From Nitrospirales bacterium (lineage in GTDB: Bacteria; Nitrospirota; Nitrospiria; Nitrospirales; UBA8639), in the NCBI GenBank assembly GCA_965203295.1, contig CBDBCZ010000015.1, positions 32,001 to 96,000 of the forward strand: a stretch of DNA of 64,000 nucleotides, given 5' to 3'. Below the pieces are notes generated by a model. The model had not been told where the DNA came from, did no database searches, and saw nothing but the letters and a program-made list of their open reading frames with translations. Every line of letters begins with the position of its first letter. Position 1 is the first letter of the stretch. A program made the translations under genes and the position numbers. Positions 52,817 to 64,000 of this stretch are shown one piece after another.

Positions 52817-55800
52817 TCAATCTTTGTCTTGAGTCAGTTCATCAAGGATTAAGTGTCCCAATTTTCCATTTCGAAATTGCCTTAGAAAGTGTTGCGAAGC
52901 TCTTGTGTGATCATAAATCCCACCTGCAATATTTAGGCGAAAAAGAAAAAAACATAGTCTCGAGTAAAAGGCTAAGTAAAAGGCTACCTAACTACGTACA
53001 TGTACATAACCTTGTTCACAAGCCCTTTATTCTGTGGTGCAAGCAAGGCCAGGAAATGAGACCAGTGAATACCATCACATTGCCAATCACATTCACAGCT
53101 CAGAGGTCAACACAGTGACAACACTTCAAAAGGTGTACAAGTACATGTACCTAATATGCACCCACCCCGGGCCCAGGCTAGACTGCATGACATAAGTCTA
53201 TTACACACCTTGGAGCTGGTGTCTACTCAACTTTGGTGCTCAATGCATAAATCACATAGCTACCTTCCCTCATTTTATAACCTGCAATGAATTAATGTAA
53301 CCGAATAAAGTCCCAAAATTACAAGCTCAAACTTTCATGTAAGCAGCCTTGCATTCATTCTTAGTATCCATCTTGCCATCATGATATCAACTGAAAGTCA
53401 GTGTTTCCGAAAATTATAGTGGAATAACTTCGAAGTACCACTAAAATATCATCTGTCAATTTAGTGCTGTCATATTCTGCGCTCAGAGCTCTGAGAACAG
53501 TTAGCCCTGTTCCCAGGCCTGTTCTTTTATGGCTACTTTAAAGAAACACCTTTGTAGCTGGGACAGCTGAACATTCTTTGTAGCAATTATGCCATTCTAA
53601 CCTTTCATAAGGGCTCCAATTCTCTTGGCCATGTAATCTAGCACTTCTTCTATATCGTCACAAGGTTGTGGAAGATCATAATGCTTCACATACCTGAAAA
53701 AGGTAACAGTTATAGTTATTCATGGGTAGGTTTCACTATAGGCTAACTAGGTGAATGCAAAGCATTGTGGGGCGAGCGTGAGCGAGGTATAAGCCCATGC
53801 GTGCGTTAGCGGCGGCGCACCCTCAGCAGCTCTTTTGGCTCCTTCTCTCGTCTCAGTGTCACTGTCGGTGGCCTGGAGAAATGACAACTCTTCTGGCTCT
53901 AGAACTCGCTCTCTGCTGTTCCAATGTGACTTATCGCCAACCTGGAGATATATATGGCAACGCTGTAGCCTTTGCCGCTGCCGTCTACTCTGTGAGAGCA
54001 TCCCTAAGCTAGCTGCACTGCAGCCACCGTGGCCACGTGAACAATTTGGAATATTACGGAAACTATTTGAAGCGTTATATTGAAGCGCGAAGCGATATGC
54101 GGTATGTGCGTACGTACGTACACCGTACGCACAGACAAATTTTCCATTGAACACACTAGTGTGGGGCTCGCTCACACTCGCCCAATTAGGGCAAATAGAC
54201 AACTCTTTACCTAACCCTCCTACCTAGGAGCATCATTACAACTTTTTAAATGAGATTTCAGTACTAAACTAGCCTTGTACCCAGGCCTTCTACACTGTTT
54301 TTTTTTCTCGCAGCATGGAAGATCTGAGTACAAGGCTACTACGAAACCTCTCAGATGTGTAAAATATACATGTACATAGACTATGTACATGTACATGTAT
54401 GTATTGCATGCAGTTACATGCACTCCCAAGCTGTGCATGCACAACCCCGAAACCCTTTCTTTCCAACTCACTCAAACTCTTCATGCTGATTCAGAATAAA
54501 AAGCAAATAGTCTGCTATTGCTCTCTCTCCAAGTCGATGGTCTGGCAGCATTCCTGTAAATGTAGAGACACAAGATACGTTCTTGTAAAATATCGGCATG
54601 TGGGTGGGGAGCCTGGGAATAAGGTTTGTAAGACCCTGCACCTCTCGAGGCTTCATTGCTGACATGTTTCACAGGGCTTCAGGCTTTAGTATGGCATGCA
54701 GTTTGCTCGCTTATATATGAAAACTGAAAGATATCTTAATAATTATCTGAAAGATATCTTAATAATTATCGATGCAATCACTTAGCTCTAGGCCTAAAAA
54801 AAACAAACAGCGCTCACACCTAACCTAACCCACAAAACTCTATCTACACTACTGTACCCCCTTACAGTTAAACTATTTAGTCTAATTAAGCACATGAGCT
54901 ATCTAATTAAGCATTGCAAAAACAACACAAGAAATGAATGAAATCCACATGGGACAATTTAGAAGTTGGTGAGAGGTAGAAAATAGAAATCATAAGATAG
55001 AAAGAATAGAAAGAGCTCTGACTGTAACCAAGGGAACCCGGGACCTGGAAACCACCCAGCCCGTGACCGCATTAAAAATAAAAAATTTGAAGGTAGAGTT
55101 AAAAAAAAGTGGACCAAATAGGTCTTCCCTCTGTTTAAGAGAGAGTCTTTAACAGCGCCAACTCTCCCCACTCACTCAGTGCATACATGTTTCAATATTT
55201 GCCTATTATCAGATTGTCTCATGTACATGATGTACTATCCATCATCAGTGTACATGTACCATATATAATGGCTAATTAGCCCACATCCTCATATCCTGAG
55301 CAACCTTTTTTATGTTCCGGTTGTTTGTAGTGGATTTTAGGAAACTGTTATAGTCACACAATTTAATGCAGGCCCTTTAGCCTTCGCAAAACACATCACT
55401 TCTCTACAGCCCTCCTTACCGATGACAGCCAACTTCATAGCGACTTCTTCGTTGGGAATACTGGGCATCATCACCCCTACAGTAACACAAATCTTAGAGA
55501 TAATAACTGTACATATTTTTCATACTACTTTCTGTTTATGTACAATTGTAGGATATCGTTATAGTTTGAGTGACAAGTGCCTGAGTCGACTATTGCTGCA
55601 GCTATACCACTGAAAAATTTGTAAAATCTAACCCTAAGAAATAGCTACATGTGCATGTAAGTGAAGTCCAAGGGCATAAACACTAGAAACAAACCAAAAA
55701 AAAAATCAGGACGACATGGGGAGGAAAGCTCCCTCAGGTACACGTACAAGTATCATACACCTCACAGGGCCTCCGAATTCGTTAAAAAAATTTAGGGGTC

Positions 55801-57669
55801 AGCCCTGGCCCCCGACACTATACAAACAGGGATCGCAGAGAACTTGCCTTCCTGTAAAATGAGCACTCAAGGCACTAAGTGGTGTTGAAGCTAGGCTCGT
55901 GGCGATATTACTCATCACATGAACAGTCGTGAAAAGTGCTCTTACAAATTGCAAATACTATTGACTAACCTGGCGTATCAAACAGGTACATCATTGGATC
56001 TTCTGATACCTATGATTATGAAGAGTGCACAAAGTACTCGTTATAAATGATAAAAATGCATTAGTAACACTATTGATCAACTTACTAAAATTCTAGACTG
56101 TACTGCCCTAGTCACTCCGGGAAGTGCACCAACCCTGGTAGCTTTTCCTGTACGCATATCCAAACAATGAGAGCTGCTAATTGCCTCCCACCCACTCATG
56201 GAGGCCTGGGTATGAGCCCGGCTACTTCTTAACATATCCTAGTGTACCATACCTTTCTTGAGATAATTTCTCCTCAAAGCATTAATGAGAGAAGACTTCC
56301 CAACATTTGGCATCCCCATCACCATCAGTTTGATTGCATTTGGTTCCTGTAAAAGTAGCAATGGACCCGCATGAAGGACTATGACAGTGGCAATGGGAGA
56401 CTTGCACTACATCTAATTAGACCCCACCAACATGGAACCATCGCCCATAGCAGCTCAGTTTTTTTTGTAGCACTTCATGCACTAATGTGTGCTCTAATTG
56501 GATATCTGGACAGGTCTGCCACTAACAATAGTTAGTATTCACTCCTACTTGTAAGCGGGATAGCAATTTCAACATATACAACGACAAGGCTTCCGCATTA
56601 ATTAATGCATGGTAAATTTGACCTACCTCTTCTTCTTCCTCCCTAACAACCTCAAGAATTTTTGACATTAACTGCAGCAAGAAATGACAACTTGTTCATA
56701 CACTCGATAGACTGCACAACAGATGGACGCATTGCTCAACCCAAAGTTTGAAAAGTCAAAGATAGCTACTCACCCGTGGAATACATTTGTGATGTTGAGC
56801 CTGACAGTTAGTAAATATTACCTCCTTTTCGCCTTGGCTCGTGAGTGACTGAGTGATGTCCTATCCAGGCAACAAGGAACACATGGGAAGGTTATTTTGT
56901 TTGTTTATATACATGTTCAAGTGCTTAGAACATACTTTCAATTTGCTTGTATCAGTCAGATCCATTTTGTTTAATACAAGGATCTTTGGGCACCTTCCCA
57001 GCATGCCACTGAGATTGGGATTTCGACCGGAGAAAGGAATATGACAATTTTAAGGAGAATATGGGTATTATTTTATTGTGGCTAACAAGTATGGTTTAGG
57101 ACCCACTGACCGTCATAGAGATTAGAACTAGAATCTGCAATATTATTGTTACAATAGTGCCGGAGTAGTGACAAAGTTTGAGAGAGGATGAAAGCTGTGT
57201 GAATTAAAGGGACTGAGAATGAGGCCTTGGCATCGCATGAACGTAGTATAAATGACCACCCAAGTACAAAGTAATGTTGCCAGGATATTGTCATGAATGT
57301 GCAGCAAAAGTAGCTATGCTGGAGGCAAAAAGTGACTACCCCTTGCACGTGGACTTCATTAGCAGTTCAAACACAACAGGGACAGTACCGTGAGTTGATG
57401 CATATTGTTGTATGTACATTTGAGGTCTCTAAGTCAGAGCTAAGTAAGTAGTAGGTCAGGATACTCTTGCATCGTGCACTTCCAGTGCGCAGTTGCATTT
57501 CTGCACTCGCAGTCCCATCTTCCTCATGCCTAAAAGTAAAAGGATGTAGCTACTATCAAATAGCAGGCTCGCAAGTAACTTTGTGCACAGTACCTCTGGC
57601 CATATGACCTGGAAACCAGTTTGCAACTGATAGACTAGGAAAATCAAAGCACTTTCTAAACCCTTTCAT
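52817..57669 (-). CDS. MTG1: Mitochondrial ribosome-associated GTPase 1 (RbgA/YlqF family), ~12 exons
   Basis: Motifs NWFPGHMARG, EVHDAR|IPFSGRNP, VLNKMDL, GMPNVGKSSLIN, VGALPGVTR, LFDTPGV, IADYLLFILN and FRNGKLG. Start 57669, stop 52817. Confidence 0.93.
53765..54188. mobile_element. Interspersed element with GGGCGAGCGTGAGCGAG / CTCGCTCACACTCGCCC inverted ends
   Basis: Inverted termini and a CpG-rich body in an MTG1 intron. A related end (GAGCCCCACACTAGTG) lies at ~41278. Confidence 0.6.
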
Positions 57670-57895
57670 TTTTAATAAGTGCGCACTGCCTATTATTTGA
57701 ATATTATTATTGTCCTTATAAAAGAAGGACTTTGTTCCAAATACGGTTACGCCCCAAAAAATGTGGGTGGGGCTCGTTTGCATTTACATGCTACGCCCCC
57801 TTTGAACGCAGACGCCTTGTTGTTGCTTATTTTATGTACTATTATCTAAGTCGATTTCTGGTAGTGTGTGATTGAAGATTGAAGACTGAGCGCCA
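57670..57895. promoter_or_regulatory. Probable bidirectional promoter for MTG1 and the dystrophin-like gene
   Basis: Only 226 bp separate the two divergent ATGs. GC-box-like GGGTGGGGC and ACGCCCC motifs are present. Confidence 0.55.
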
Positions 57896-63340
<5,445 letters not shown>

Positions 63341-63421
63341 AGGTGGGCGTGTTGGGAACAGGCGTGCATGAGCACACAGCCAAAGAAACTTCATGCCTTT
63401 AGCCAGCTTCTCTTGGCACAT

Positions 63422-63820
63422 GTTGCCCTGTTCCCAGGCTCCACTCCCAGCGTTATCGCACAGTGTAACCCCATAGCCTCCTTCCAAGTCCCAGGCTCAA
63501 TTTTTCAGCTTTATTGCACCCCATACTTTTAGCCTCCTTCCACTCCCCAGCTATATTGCCCAGTGTAACCCCCCTATGATTAGCCTCGCTCCCAGACTCC
63601 TTTATTGCACAGTGTAACCTCCGTACGATGAGCCTTGTTCCCAGGCTCCACTCCCCACTTCGTGTAACCTCCATATGATGAGCCTTGTTCCCAGGCTCCA
63701 CTCCCCACTTCGTGTAACCTCTATATGATGAGCCTTGTTCCCAGGCTCCACTCCCCACTTCGTGTAACCTCTGTACGATGAGCTTTGTTTCCAGGCTCCA
63801 CTCCCCAGCTTTATTGCACT
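63422..63820. repeat. ~50-bp minisatellite derived from an AGCCTCGTTCCCAGGC MITE-end motif
   Basis: Units GAGCCTTGTTCCCAGGCTCCACTCCCCACTTCGTGTAACCTCYRTAYGAT start at 63630, 63680, 63730 and 63780, with diverged units upstream. Confidence 0.85.
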
Positions 63821-64000
63821 ATATGATTAGCCAAAGGCTTTGCTTCTCATCTTTATATTGCAGTGTAACCACTGTTTTTTTTAGCTGTGCAATTAAAGAT
63901 GGGGGAGTAGCCTGGAAACAAGGCGAATCACATAGGGGTTGAAAGAGTCACTACATGTGCACTAACAGGATTGGTATCAGCTACATGTAGTAGCTGTTCA

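Noticed and set aside
55627..55636. CTAACCCTAA, identical to the animal telomerase RNA template core
   Set aside because: I saw no U-rich pseudoknot, CR4/5 or H/ACA arrangement downstream, and an isolated 10-mer can occur by chance.

Overview
This is eukaryotic, intron-rich genomic DNA with short GT-AG introns and abundant MITEs. The gene families and repeat types suggest an early-branching animal, most likely a demosponge (inference). Genes reconstructed by hand-splicing, left to right: a P-element/THAP9-like transposase with a convergent unknown ORF, an intronless jacalin-like lectin, SSX2IP (-), receptor tyrosine kinases RTK-A (active, +) and RTK-B (intact-frame pseudokinase, +) with one pseudogene of each, ASNSD1 (+), a third active RTK-C (-), HIGD1 (+, absent from the ORF track), MTG1 (-), and a head-to-head short dystrophin-like WW-EF-ZZ gene running off the right end. 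The three RTKs share an ectodomain I do not recognise. Highlights: (1) a kinase/pseudokinase receptor pair; (2) a tandem duplication with reciprocal gene loss that swapped their order, including a microhomology-flanked promoter inversion; (3) a probable U12-type intron with GT-AT ends in MTG1; (4) a dystrophin-like gene apparently lacking CH and spectrin domains; (5) Crypton-like hairpin elements and a TIR element carrying a HIRAN-like relic. Exon coordinates were read by eye and may be off by a few bases.
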